From NCBI GenBank assembly GCA_963579845.1, contig CAUZHS010000001.1, forward strand, positions 71,592 to 135,591: 64,000 bases of DNA, given 5' to 3'. The position numbers and the translations under genes are program-made. Origin of the DNA: Dehalococcoidia bacterium. GTDB lineage: Bacteria; Chloroflexota; Dehalococcoidia; Lucifugimonadales; Australimonadaceae. This document shows positions 19,983 to 29,350 of this stretch, one piece after another (position 1 is the stretch's first letter; every line of letters begins with the position of its first letter). The notes below the pieces were generated by a model. That model was not told the origin of the DNA. It was given only the letters and a program-made list of their open reading frames with translations, and did not search any database.

Positions 19983-20850
19983 TTACCGCCCAATTTGGAG
20001 ATCCATATCGTAAGAGGACAACAACTTTTCCAGGAATGGAACTGTTTCACTATGTGCGGCAGTCAATGGCAATCGCAAGCCACCTACGGAAAAACCAAGA
20101 TGGTTCAGGCAATATTTTATCGGACTCGGGTTTGATTCAATGAAAATGCCATTAGCCAATGGCATCTGACGCAAATGCTCTTTCGCGGCGGTCTGGGTTT
20201 TCCCTACTATTACCAGGCTGATTAACTCCTTGATCTATTCACCTATGAGGTGGGAGGCGACGCTAACAACCCCGTAACCTCTTAACGATATACATCCGTA
20301 AGTGTCACTATCATTACCACTCCAGACGCGAAAGCCATCGTTGGATCCGGAAATGATTCGACCTATTTGATCAACATCACCGGATGCTTCCTTAATTCCA
20401 ATGATGTTCGCGATGCTATTAGGCGGATTGTAGTTTCAGAACGTAGGTTGGTTATGCTTCGACTTGGAACGTTAAATATCCGCCAGGTAGAAGGTCCTAC
20501 TGGCGAGGAATGCCGCTTCCGTCCCCACGAGTAACAGCGCGGGGACGACAACCGCAGGTCCAACGAGGCGTGAACCCTGCACGGTGACCTGGTTCAGTGC
20601 GATGGCGTCAGCCAGCCTCTCGAGGACCTGCGCCCGGTGTACCTCACCTCGTACTTCCAGGGGAGCCGAGGCGCTCAATAGTGACGTGTCGTGGGTCTAT
20701 CTCGACGTTTCGCTCGTAGCCACCGTCGTGCTGGCCGTTGCCAACGTCTTCTTCTTCGTGCGCCGTGGCTTCGCCGTTGGTGGGTGCTCCACGTTCCTAA
20801 CCTGTGCTTGCACCATGAGAACGTCTAGACATCGAAGATGTCCTGCGGCA
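19983..20850 (-). pseudogene. dapA: DapA/DHDPS-family gene, decayed by frameshifts and in-frame stops
   Basis: Minus-strand translations give fragments in order: IVTAFLPQDIFDV*, GAPTNGEATAHEEEDV, DAIALNQ...AVVVPALLLVGTEAAFLASRTFYLADI*, then (frame change) IFNVPSRSITNLRSETTIRLIA, then (frame change) NIIGIKEASGDVDQIGRIISGSNDGFRVWSGNDSDTYGCISLRGYGVVSVASHLIGE*IKE...FIESNPSPIKYCLNHLGFSVGGLRLPL. These are colinear with DapA. Confidence 0.75.
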
Positions 20851-20893
20851 GGAACGCGGTGACAATACGCGAGAGAGCTGGGGTGAGGGCCTC

Positions 20894-21535
20894 TTACTCC
20901 ACCCTCGTGGCCCGAACTATGTAGACGGGGTCGGATGAGAAGTCCCGATTGGGGCTGATATCCACGTGCTCCACGCCCTCCCACCCACCCGCCATCCCGA
21001 AGTATTCCCGCACCAATTCGCCGTGCCCATGATCGTCACGCATCTGCCAGACGGCCACGGCTTTAGTGGGAAACATGCGGTTGGAGAAGACCACGTGGAA
21101 GGTACCACCCAGCTTGAGCACCCGACACACCTCCCGGAAAACCTCCAGAGGCTTGGTCAGGTACTGCACCGATACGATGATAATGGCGGCATCGAAGGAG
21201 GCGTCAGCGAAGGGCAGAGTGGGGCTGGCGTTCACATCCTGCACCACGTGCTCGTCAAGCTGGGGGTTCTCCGCCATCTCGACATCGTTCAGGCCCAGGC
21301 CAACCAGCTTCGCCTTCGGAAAGCCGTCGGGCAGATGCGAGCGCCAGCTGGACATCACATCGAGGATAACGCCGTGCTTCGGCAGGTGCTTGCCGAAGTA
21401 GCATCCGATGGCCGCGATGGCCTTGTCATCGATATGCACGAGCAGGCGCGGCTGGACATAGAACCACGGGTCGGGCCCCTCGTCAACACGCTGGAAGTAG
21501 TGACCCGGAAAGGCCTGCTCAGACGATTTGTTCAT
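20894..21535 (-). CDS. Class I SAM-dependent methyltransferase (Methyltransf_11-like)
   Basis: Motifs VILDVMSSW and DASFDAAIIIVSVQYLTKPLEVFREVCRVLKLGGTF. Confidence 0.75.
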   Translation of the reverse strand: MNKSSEQAFPGHYFQRVDEGPDPWFYVQPRLLVHIDDKAIAAIGCYFGKHLPKHGVILDVMSSWRSHLPDGFPKAKLVGLGLNDVEMAENPQLDEHVVQDVNASPTLPFADASFDAAIIIVSVQYLTKPLEVFREVCRVLKLGGTFHVVFSNRMFPTKAVAVWQMRDDHGHGELVREYFGMAGGWEGVEHVDISPNRDFSSDPVYIVRATRVE

Positions 21536-21615
21536 GGGGTTTCACATACTCGCCTTCTGGACATGTGGATGCAGGGTACCACCCTGCCGTGGATGCCGAG
21601 CCGAGCCCTGCCTGC

Positions 21616-23304
21616 TTACATAGATTCGGGAATGGACATGCCCATGAGCGTGAGGGTGCGGGCGAGGACGTTCTTCGCGGCCTGGCACAGCTTCAGCCGC
21701 GACTTGGTCAGTGCCTCGTCATCAGGTTCCTTAGAAATGACCCGACAGTTGTCATAGAACACATGAAAGGCCGTGGCTAGGTCCGTGGCGTAGTGGGGCA
21801 GGTGGTGGGGCGCCAGCGTTCGGGCGATAGTGTCCACCAGCTCCGGCAGCATGATCATCTTTTTTACGAGCGCCAGCTCCGCCTCGTGCCCAAGCAGCGA
21901 CACGTCGCCGTCGTCCCAGGTTATACCGCGCTCACGAGCCAGACGCAGAATGCCAGCGATGCGGGCGTGGGCGTATTGCACATAGTAGACCGGGTTATCG
22001 GCCGACTCCCTCACCGCCAGCTCCAGGTCGAACTCCATCTGACTCTCGGCGGCGCGGGCCAGGAAGAAGTAGCGACAGGCGTCGGGACCCACTTCATCCA
22101 CCAATTCCTCCAAAGTCACCATCTCACCGGTGCGCTTGGAGGCCCGAACCGTTGCACCCGCTCGCTTGAGCGTCACCAACTGTGCGATGATGATGGTAAG
22201 GCGCTCCGGGTCGATGTCGAGAGCTTTCAGCACCGCCTTCATTCTGGGCACGTGGCCCTGATGGTCAGCCCCCCACACATCAATGACCCCGTCGAACTCG
22301 CGCTCCACCAGCTTGTCGTAGTGGTAGGCCACATCGGAGGCGAAATAGGTGGGCTGGCCGGTCCTGCGCACAATGACGTTATCTTCGTTGTCCTCGCCCA
22401 GCGCCGAAGAGGTGAACCAGACGGCACCCTCACGCTCGGCAGTGAAGCCTTGGTCCTCCAGTAGCTTCATCGCCGTTGCGTACTGGTTGTTGGCGAACAG
22501 GTCGCGCTCGCTGAACCACACATCGAAGCTCACACCCAGGCGGTCCAACTCCTGGCGAATCAGCCCCAGCATGCGCTCCAAACCAATGGCTCCAAGCTCA
22601 GCGACAGCCTGCTCCTGGGGCATTTCCAGGTAAGCATCACCGAATTCGGCGGCCATCGCCTGGCCCATGTCCGTCATATACTGGCCTCGGTAGCCCCCTT
22701 CGGGCAGCGCCTCCTCGCGGCCTAAGGCTTGCGCGTAACGCGCGTAAAGCGAGGCGTAGAAGATCTCCATCTGTGTGCCGGCGTCGTTAACGTAATACTC
22801 TCGGGTGACGTCGAAGCCCGCAGCCGCCAACACGCTGGCCAGACCGCTGCCCAGGACGGCTCCCCGGGCGTGGCCGACGTGCAGGGGGCCCGTGGGGTTC
22901 ACACTTACGAATTCCACATTCAGTCTCTGGCCCGCGCCGGTATCGACGTTGCCATAACTCGCGCCCGCTTCGTTAATGGCCTCCACCTGGGCCTGAAACC
23001 ACTGTGGCTTGAGGGCAAGGTTCAGGAATCCCGGTGGGGCCGCCCAGACCCTCTCGATGACCTCGTCCTGGGGGATAATGGCACTCTGCATGAGCGATGC
23101 GAGCTTCTCGGCGATCTCTAGTGGACTCATGCGGGCGGCCCTGGCGAGGCGCAGGGGCAGGTTGCTGGCGAAGTCGCCGTGCTCAGGATCATGGGGACGT
23201 TCCACCACGATGCCTGGCGGTATCGTGGCGGGCAGCATTTCCAGCCGCTGGGCCATTGCAACGGCCTCGGTCAACTGCTGGACGATAACGTCGCGCACAA
23301 GCAT
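21616..23304 (-). CDS. argS: Arginine--tRNA ligase
   Basis: Motif NVEFVSVNPTGPLHVGHARG, a DALR anticodon-binding domain, and a terminal M. The start is uncertain: ATG 23304 (MLVRDVIVQQL) or TTG 23343. Confidence 0.9.
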   Translation of the reverse strand: MLVRDVIVQQLTEAVAMAQRLEMLPATIPPGIVVERPHDPEHGDFASNLPLRLARAARMSPLEIAEKLASLMQSAIIPQDEVIERVWAAPPGFLNLALKPQWFQAQVEAINEAGASYGNVDTGAGQRLNVEFVSVNPTGPLHVGHARGAVLGSGLASVLAAAGFDVTREYYVNDAGTQMEIFYASLYARYAQALGREEALPEGGYRGQYMTDMGQAMAAEFGDAYLEMPQEQAVAELGAIGLERMLGLIRQELDRLGVSFDVWFSERDLFANNQYATAMKLLEDQGFTAEREGAVWFTSSALGEDNEDNVIVRRTGQPTYFASDVAYHYDKLVEREFDGVIDVWGADHQGHVPRMKAVLKALDIDPERLTIIIAQLVTLKRAGATVRASKRTGEMVTLEELVDEVGPDACRYFFLARAAESQMEFDLELAVRESADNPVYYVQYAHARIAGILRLARERGITWDDGDVSLLGHEAELALVKKMIMLPELVDTIARTLAPHHLPHYATDLATAFHVFYDNCRVISKEPDDEALTKSRLKLCQAAKNVLARTLTLMGMSIPESM

Positions 23305-23357
23305 AGGAATGGCATGATACCAGGCCGTTACCACGTCGGCCAAGGCAGTTAGGTCTA

Positions 23358-23387
23358 GGAAACCCTTTCTGGCCAGAAAGGGTTTCC
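23358..23387. repeat. Perfect 30-bp palindrome directly after the recG stop
   Basis: GGAAACCCTTTCTGG|CCAGAAAGGGTTTCC. There is no flanking U-tract on either strand. Confidence 0.8.
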
Positions 23388-23388
23388 G

Positions 23389-25887
23389 CTATCCCACCTC
23401 GTTGACAACCTGCTCTGTATAGCGACGGACGGCAGCGGCCAACGGGCCCTTCTCCAGCACGCGGGCGTCCTTGGCAACCATCCTCCGGGCCTCGTCACGG
23501 GTACTGGCCAGCAGCTCACCATCGGACAGGCGCGCCATGCGCAGACTGGGCAGCCCCGACTGGCGAGTGCCGAAGAAATCGCCCGGACCCCGAAACTGCA
23601 GATCGGCCTCGGCTATCTCGAATCCATCGTTGCTCTTAACCAGGGTCTCCAATCGTCGTTGCGCATCCTCTGACGGCGACTCGGCCAAAAGCAGGCAATA
23701 GCTTTTATGAGCACCCCGGCCCACCCGGCCCCGGAGTTGGTGGAGCTGGGCCAAGCCGAAGCGGTCCGCCCCCTCGATGAGCATGACGCTCGCGTTGGGC
23801 ACGTCGATGCCCACCTCAACCATTGGCGTGGCCACCAGCACATCCACCTCCCCCGACCGGAAGCGTTCCATAGCCTCCTGCTTATCCTTGAGCGGGAGAC
23901 GCCCATGGAGGAGGCCCAAGCGCACACCGGCCATAGATGTGCGCTGGAGCCGATCGAACTCCTCGGTAGCCGCCTTGGTCTGGACCGATTCCGACTCGTC
24001 GATAAACGGACAAACCACGAACGCCTGACGGCCCTTCCCCACCTGCTCGACCACAAATTGTTCGGCTCTGGCGCGGCGGGCTGGTGAGATAAACCTCGTA
24101 ACCACGGGCTGACGACCTGAGGGAAGTTCCGGCATCGTAGAGACCTCCATATTACCGTAGAGGGTGGCGGCCAGGGTGCGGGGTATAGGCGTGGCCGACA
24201 TGGCCATCAGGTGCGGCTGCCGACCCTTGCCGCGCAGTCGCGCGCGCTGCATCACTCCAAAGCGGTGCTGCTCATCCACCACGCCCACGGCCACCCGGGA
24301 GAGCTCTACCTGATCCTGAATGACGGCATGGGTGCCGATGAGGATGTCCAGCGTACCCTCCGCAGCCCGTTGGGTCAGCTCGCGCCGCGGCGCCGCTTTG
24401 GTGCTGCCAGTCAGCAGTCCGACGCTCACCGGACTGGGGTGACCATCCACATAGAAAGAGAACCAGTCCGTATGATAGGCGGGCTGGGCCAGGCCGCTGA
24501 GAAGCTGCCGCACGCTCAGGTAGTGCTGCTCCGCCAATATCTCTGTGGGCGCCATGAGCACGCCCTGATATCCATTAGACACCGCCGTCAGCAGCACCGC
24601 CAGGGCCACCACCGTCTTGCCGCTGCCCACGTCGCCCTGAAGTAGCCGGTTCATGGGGTGCAGACCGTCCTTAACGTCGGCCAGGACCTGGCGTATCGCC
24701 GTACGCTGGCCCTCAGTAAGCTGGAAGGGGAGCGACTTCACAAACCCTCGAAGCACCTCCGCCTTGGCGGGCAGGGGGATACCGGCCTCGACAGGCTCTT
24801 GAGCACGCCGCGACGCCATGGCCAGTTGCAGCACCAAGAGCTCGTCGAAAGCAAGACGCTGGCGCGCGTGCTCCTTGGCCTCAAGCGTGTCGGGGTAGTG
24901 GGTCTGGGCGATGGCCTGCTCTAGGGGCATGAGGCCATGACTCTTCACGACAGCGGCGGGCACCGGGTCGTCCAGCATCGCAGAAGTCGGGCTGCCCGGG
25001 CGACCGAAGACGAGATCCAAGGCTTCGCGGACCATTCGACGCAACGTGCGCTGGGCCTTCAGCCCTTCCGTGGCGGGATAGACCGGCACGAGACGCCCCG
25101 TATGCACTAGGTCAGTCATTTCCTGATCCTCCAGCACCTCCCAGTCCGGCGACTCCATCTGCTGCTTACCTCCGAAGGCGGTGACCTTGCCGCTGAGCAT
25201 CAGCATCACACCCGTGCCGGGGCTGGCACGGAGCAGCGCACGCTGAAAGGTCTGGGCGAGGTAGGGCTGGCGAAACCAGATGACCCGGATGTTGCCCGTC
25301 GCGTCGCCCACAATAGCCTCGGTGGCCCGCAGCCTTCCTCGAGGACCCAGGCGCAACTCGTGCGCCTCCCAGAGGCTCACCACCGCGGTCTGTTCTTCAC
25401 CGGGCCGGAGATGGTCTACCGTGCGGAGGCGACTGTAGTCCAGGTGCCGATGGGGGAAAAGGTAAACGAGAGAACGGACGGTGGTCACGCCCAGGCGCTT
25501 GAGCTTGTCGGCATTGGGACGAGTAACCGACCGCAGGGCGTCTACCGGCGCGTCGAGGCTGACGCTGGGCATCGGCACCTCGGACTTGGGCTTGGCCACC
25601 CTGGGCCGCCGTGTTCCGGATTGGGCCGGCACTCCCTCGGCCAGCAGCCGTTGGGTCTCGCACACCCAGCGCTCGCGGCGAGTAACGCTGAGGTCGCGGT
25701 AGGCGACGTTCAGCATACCCGTTTCGACCAATGCAAGCAGGCCGGGGTTGTCGGTGCGATCTTGGAGCAGCCGCTGGAGGAAGAGGTCGAGGCCGCCGGA
25801 AACGGCCTTATCCTGAAAGCCGTTCTTGGTCTCCAAAACCAGGATGCCATGGAAGGAGCGCAGGCGTGTTTCAGCGGTGGTGCTCAC
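23389..25887 (-). CDS. recG: ATP-dependent DNA helicase RecG
   Basis: 832 aa. Walker A motif (GDVGSGKT), DEQH box (VDEQHRFGV), and an N-terminal wedge/OB region. Confidence 0.92.
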   Translation of the reverse strand: MSTTAETRLRSFHGILVLETKNGFQDKAVSGGLDLFLQRLLQDRTDNPGLLALVETGMLNVAYRDLSVTRRERWVCETQRLLAEGVPAQSGTRRPRVAKPKSEVPMPSVSLDAPVDALRSVTRPNADKLKRLGVTTVRSLVYLFPHRHLDYSRLRTVDHLRPGEEQTAVVSLWEAHELRLGPRGRLRATEAIVGDATGNIRVIWFRQPYLAQTFQRALLRASPGTGVMLMLSGKVTAFGGKQQMESPDWEVLEDQEMTDLVHTGRLVPVYPATEGLKAQRTLRRMVREALDLVFGRPGSPTSAMLDDPVPAAVVKSHGLMPLEQAIAQTHYPDTLEAKEHARQRLAFDELLVLQLAMASRRAQEPVEAGIPLPAKAEVLRGFVKSLPFQLTEGQRTAIRQVLADVKDGLHPMNRLLQGDVGSGKTVVALAVLLTAVSNGYQGVLMAPTEILAEQHYLSVRQLLSGLAQPAYHTDWFSFYVDGHPSPVSVGLLTGSTKAAPRRELTQRAAEGTLDILIGTHAVIQDQVELSRVAVGVVDEQHRFGVMQRARLRGKGRQPHLMAMSATPIPRTLAATLYGNMEVSTMPELPSGRQPVVTRFISPARRARAEQFVVEQVGKGRQAFVVCPFIDESESVQTKAATEEFDRLQRTSMAGVRLGLLHGRLPLKDKQEAMERFRSGEVDVLVATPMVEVGIDVPNASVMLIEGADRFGLAQLHQLRGRVGRGAHKSYCLLLAESPSEDAQRRLETLVKSNDGFEIAEADLQFRGPGDFFGTRQSGLPSLRMARLSDGELLASTRDEARRMVAKDARVLEKGPLAAAVRRYTEQVVNEVG

Positions 25888-25987
25888 GTCAAAATGCTAC
25901 CGCAAACAGGGCCTATCCTGCACGAGGCTTGCGTCGCGGTGCCAGGCAATTCCGGTAGAATGTACAGGGCACCCCCTGCCCAAGCGC

Positions 25988-26077
25988 GGAGGGATGGCAG
26001 AGTGGACGAATGCGACGGTCTTGAAAACCGTTATGCCCGCAAGGGCATCGTGGGTTCGAATCCCACTCCCTCCGCCA
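25988..26077 (+). tRNA. tRNA-Ser (anticodon UGA), with CCA encoded
   Basis: Acceptor stem GGAGGGA/TCCCTCC. Anticodon arm ACGGT-CTTGAAA-ACCGT. Long variable arm TATGCCCGCAAGGGCATC. T-arm GTGGG-TTCGAAT-CCCAC. Ends G-CCA. Confidence 0.93.
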
Positions 26078-26178
26078 CCAGCCAGTCTATAGACTGGTAA
26101 ACACCATCCTCGGTTAATCACCACCTGTTGACCATTGTTTTGCGGGGACCCCATTAGGGACTCCATTTGGTGGAATAA

Positions 26179-26313
26179 GGGTTTTACAAAATTTATTTAA
26201 CCAGCGACGACCTGGATGCCTACGCTCAGGTCATGGGCGACCAGCGTATCACCCGGTGGCTGGCGGAACCGGCTCCCTTGACCCGCGAGCAGCCCGCTCA
26301 GATAATCGAGTAA
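26179..26313 (+). pseudogene. N-terminal fragment of a GNAT (RimJ/RimL-like) acetyltransferase
   Basis: The frame gives GFYKIYLTSDDLDAYAQVMGDQRITRWLAEPAPLTREQPAQIIE*. This matches the usual GNAT N-terminus (L..D.....v.gd..v.ryl....pls.e...). There is no start codon and no catalytic core follows. Confidence 0.5.
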
Positions 26314-26431
26314 CCGAGCGCGTTACGCAACGCTGGGAGTGCAGTGCCTCTCCAGTCCCGTCGCCCTAACGCTAGATTGGGTTCGCGCGTGGACAAGGCG
26401 ATGCACTCTCATCACGGATGTTTAGAGAGGC

Positions 26432-26692
26432 TTAGTCGGCTGCGGGGTCGAAAGCGCTGATCTCCAGACCATCTTGCAACGCCAGAAACTGCTGCTTCTG
26501 GGTGATCTTGGAATGCCCTTCCACCACAACCATGAAGGGCTGGCCTTCTGCATCCTCAAGGGACAGGGTCAACTGGGCATGTTCAGTGTCCACGCCCGCT
26601 CCGGTGATGGTGCAATTGGTCATGAGCCCCACCGTCTCCTGCCATGTATTGGTCAGTTGTCGCACTGAGCCCCTCCTCTTTACTTTCTTCAT
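26432..26692 (-). CDS. Hypothetical small protein (77-86 aa)
   Basis: The ORF has an internal strong SD (AAGAGGAGGGG) 6 nt before a GTG, which suggests a 77-aa product (VRQLTNTWQETVG...). I recognise no family. Confidence 0.4.
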   Translation of the reverse strand: MKKVKRRGSVRQLTNTWQETVGLMTNCTITGAGVDTEHAQLTLSLEDAEGQPFMVVVEGHSKITQKQQFLALQDGLEISAFDPAAD

Positions 26693-26842
26693 ACCCTAGA
26701 TACCCTCCAAAACCCTACCACGTTCAGACAGAGCATGCCCTTAGTGGGTGGACACGGCCCCGATGCCTTCACTATCATGCGTAGGTTGCCCAGACTGGCA
26801 TCCGGTCTCCTGGCCTATCCCTCCAACCATTCGAGGTGTTCC

Positions 26843-27994
26843 ATGAAGCTCCATGAATTTCAGGCGAAAGCGCTCCTCGCAAGCTTCGGCGTGCCCATAC
26901 CCGAAAGCGCTGTGGCCGAGTCTCCAGAGGAGGCTCACGCGAAGGCCTCCCAGTGGGGTGGCCGGGCCGTCGTCAAAGCCCAAGTGCATGCCGGTGGTCG
27001 AGGCAAGGCTGGCGGCGTGAAGGTCGGCAACACCTCCGAGGATGTCGGCGCCATCGCCACGTCGTTGCTGGGCACCATGCTCGTCACCGTTCAGACCGGA
27101 CCCCAGGGCGTGCCGGTCAACCAGGTGCTGGTTGAGCAGACCGTGGACTTGGAGCGTGAGATTTATCTGAGCATCACCACCGACGGAGGACAGCGCCGCC
27201 CGGTAATCATCGCCTCCACGGAAGGTGGCATGGAGATCGAGGAGGTTGCGGTCAATCAACCGGAGAAGATCCTCCAGGAAGCGGTTGACCCTGCCATTGG
27301 CTTCCAGCCCTTTCAGGGCCGGCGTCTAGCCCAGGGCCTGAGCATGCCGCCGGAATTGGTTCGCCCTTTCATTACTTTGGTCAACAACTGCTACAGGGCC
27401 TATATGGACACCGACTGCTCGCTCATCGAAATCAACCCGCTGGTGGTGACAAAGGACGGGCAACTTATGGCCCTGGACGCCAAAGTGGCCATCGACGATG
27501 ATGCCCTGTTCCGCCACCGGGAGGAAGCGAAGCTGGCCGACCCCAGGCAGGACGATCCCTTAGAGGTGGAGGCGACCAAGCACGACATTGCCTATGTAAA
27601 GCTGGACGGGAATGTGGGGTGCATGGTCAACGGCGCGGGCCTAGCGATGGCCACCATGGACACCGTCAAGTCCGCCGGCGCGGAACCCGCCAACTTTCTG
27701 GACGTGGGCGGCGGAGCCACCGAGGAGAAGGTCTCCAAGGCCATCAGTATCATGCTCTCCGATCCCAAGGTCGAGCGCGTGCTGGTGAACATCTTCGGAG
27801 GCATTTTACGCTGCGACATTGCCGCCCGGGGTATCGCCGATGCCTATGGTAGCGCCACCCGCAAGCCGCCGCTGGTGATCCGCATGCTAGGCACCAACGC
27901 CGAAGAGGGCAAGGCCGTCCTAAGCGCGTCGGGGCTTCCCATCACCCTAGCCAACACTTTGCCCGAGGCTGCCCAGGCGATTAAGGCCACTTAG
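26843..27994 (+). CDS. sucC: Succinate--CoA ligase (ADP-forming) beta subunit
   Basis: The true start is [18 protein letters not shown] at 26843 (GAGGTG SD). ATP-grasp domain present. The ORF-track start at 26735 adds 36 aa. Confidence 0.93.
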   Translation: MKLHEFQAKALLASFGVPIPESAVAESPEEAHAKASQWGGRAVVKAQVHAGGRGKAGGVKVGNTSEDVGAIATSLLGTMLVTVQTGPQGVPVNQVLVEQTVDLEREIYLSITTDGGQRRPVIIASTEGGMEIEEVAVNQPEKILQEAVDPAIGFQPFQGRRLAQGLSMPPELVRPFITLVNNCYRAYMDTDCSLIEINPLVVTKDGQLMALDAKVAIDDDALFRHREEAKLADPRQDDPLEVEATKHDIAYVKLDGNVGCMVNGAGLAMATMDTVKSAGAEPANFLDVGGGATEEKVSKAISIMLSDPKVERVLVNIFGGILRCDIAARGIADAYGSATRKPPLVIRMLGTNAEEGKAVLSASGLPITLANTLPEAAQAIKAT

Positions 27995-28029
27995 CATAAG
28001 GGAAGGCCTATCGCCGACACAACCTACAT

Positions 28030-28080
28030 AAGAACAAAGGTGTACCCCTTTATGAGTACGGGCCTTTCACCTTTGTTCTT
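28030..28080. repeat. Hairpin with a 13-bp perfect stem, 36 nt after the sucC stop
   Basis: AAGAACAAAGGTG - 25 nt - CACCTTTGTTCTT. Confidence 0.7.
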
Positions 28081-28465
28081 TGGCCACACTTCCTCTGAAG
28101 TTAAGTTCCGCTCCGCTCCGGGTTCGCATATGCCTCCGAAGCGGTTTCCGAAGACTGGTCAATCATCGAGGCGATCCTGTCAAATCGACTGAAGACAGGA
28201 ACTAGGGAAGGAGAACACAGGCAGCGTCAGGAAAGCTCTATTGGGCAGCATGTGACTTCGTGAACTCCCCGGAGACCTGACCAGGATACTAGCCTTCACG
28301 GATTAGAAATTCCGAGACTCGATGATGGAACGCACCAAGAGGCTGGGAAACACTGACGTCCGAAAGGAAGTATGTCCCCTCTCTGCTGAGTTACAAGATA
28401 AGTTAGTAGTCAACCTCAATGAAGCTAGTTCCGGAAGTAGTAAATAAACCCCGCACGGAGACTAC

Positions 28466-29350
28466 ATGAGCATCCTCATTAACAAAGATTCGCGCATCCT
28501 AGTCCAGGGCATCACCGGCCGGGAGGGCAGCTTCCACGCGGAGCGGTGCATGGCCTACGGCACGAATATCGTGGCTGGCGTCACTCCCGGCAAGGGCGGC
28601 GAGATGTTCATGGACAAGGTCCCGGTCTACGATTCAGTAAGCCAGGCTGCCACCGAGACTCAGGCCAATGTTTCACTCATCTTCGTGCCTCCGCCCTTCG
28701 CCGCTGACGCCATCCTAGAGTCTGCCGACGCCGGTATCTCTCTGGTGGTCTGCATCACCGAGGGCATCCCCGTCCGCGACACGCTGTTCGTCATGCGCTA
28801 CCTAGAGGACAAGCAAACGCGCCTCTTGGGCCCCAACTGTCCGGGGCTCATCTCACCGGGTGACGACTGCAAAGTGGGCATAATGCCCGGCAATATCCAT
28901 GCCTCCGGCAAGGTAGGCGTGGTCTCCCGCAGCGGCACCCTGACCTACGAGGCAGTGAACCAGCTCACCGAGCTGGGCATCGGCCAGTCCACCTGCGTGG
29001 GCATCGGCGGCGATCCCGTCTCCGGCACTACTTTCACCGACGTGCTGAAACTATTCAACGACGACCCCGACACCGACGCCATCGTACTCATCGGCGAAAT
29101 CGGCGGGACCAAAGAGCAGGAGGCGGCCGCCTACATCAAAGAGCACGTTCGCAAGCCGGTGACGGCGTTGGTGGTGGGCCAGACGGCGCCCTCTGGACGC
29201 CGCATGGGCCACGCCGGAGCCGTCATCACGGGAACGGCGGCTTTGGCCTCGGAGAAGAGCAGAGTGCTCCTGGAAGCAGGCTGCGCCATCGCCCCCAGTC
29301 CCGGCGAGATCGGCACCACGCTCCAGAAGCAGTTGGCAGCAAGGGCATAA
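28466..29350 (+). CDS. sucD: Succinate--CoA ligase alpha subunit
   Basis: Motifs [12 protein letters not shown] and [10 protein letters not shown] (active-site His). Confidence 0.95.
   Translation: MSILINKDSRILVQGITGREGSFHAERCMAYGTNIVAGVTPGKGGEMFMDKVPVYDSVSQAATETQANVSLIFVPPPFAADAILESADAGISLVVCITEGIPVRDTLFVMRYLEDKQTRLLGPNCPGLISPGDDCKVGIMPGNIHASGKVGVVSRSGTLTYEAVNQLTELGIGQSTCVGIGGDPVSGTTFTDVLKLFNDDPDTDAIVLIGEIGGTKEQEAAAYIKEHVRKPVTALVVGQTAPSGRRMGHAGAVITGTAALASEKSRVLLEAGCAIAPSPGEIGTTLQKQLAARA

Noticed and set aside
27992-28190. Frame open for 65 codons after the sucC TAG stop, suggesting possible read-through.
   Set aside because: The extension has no protein-like features or known homology that I can see. 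SucC is already full length at the TAG.
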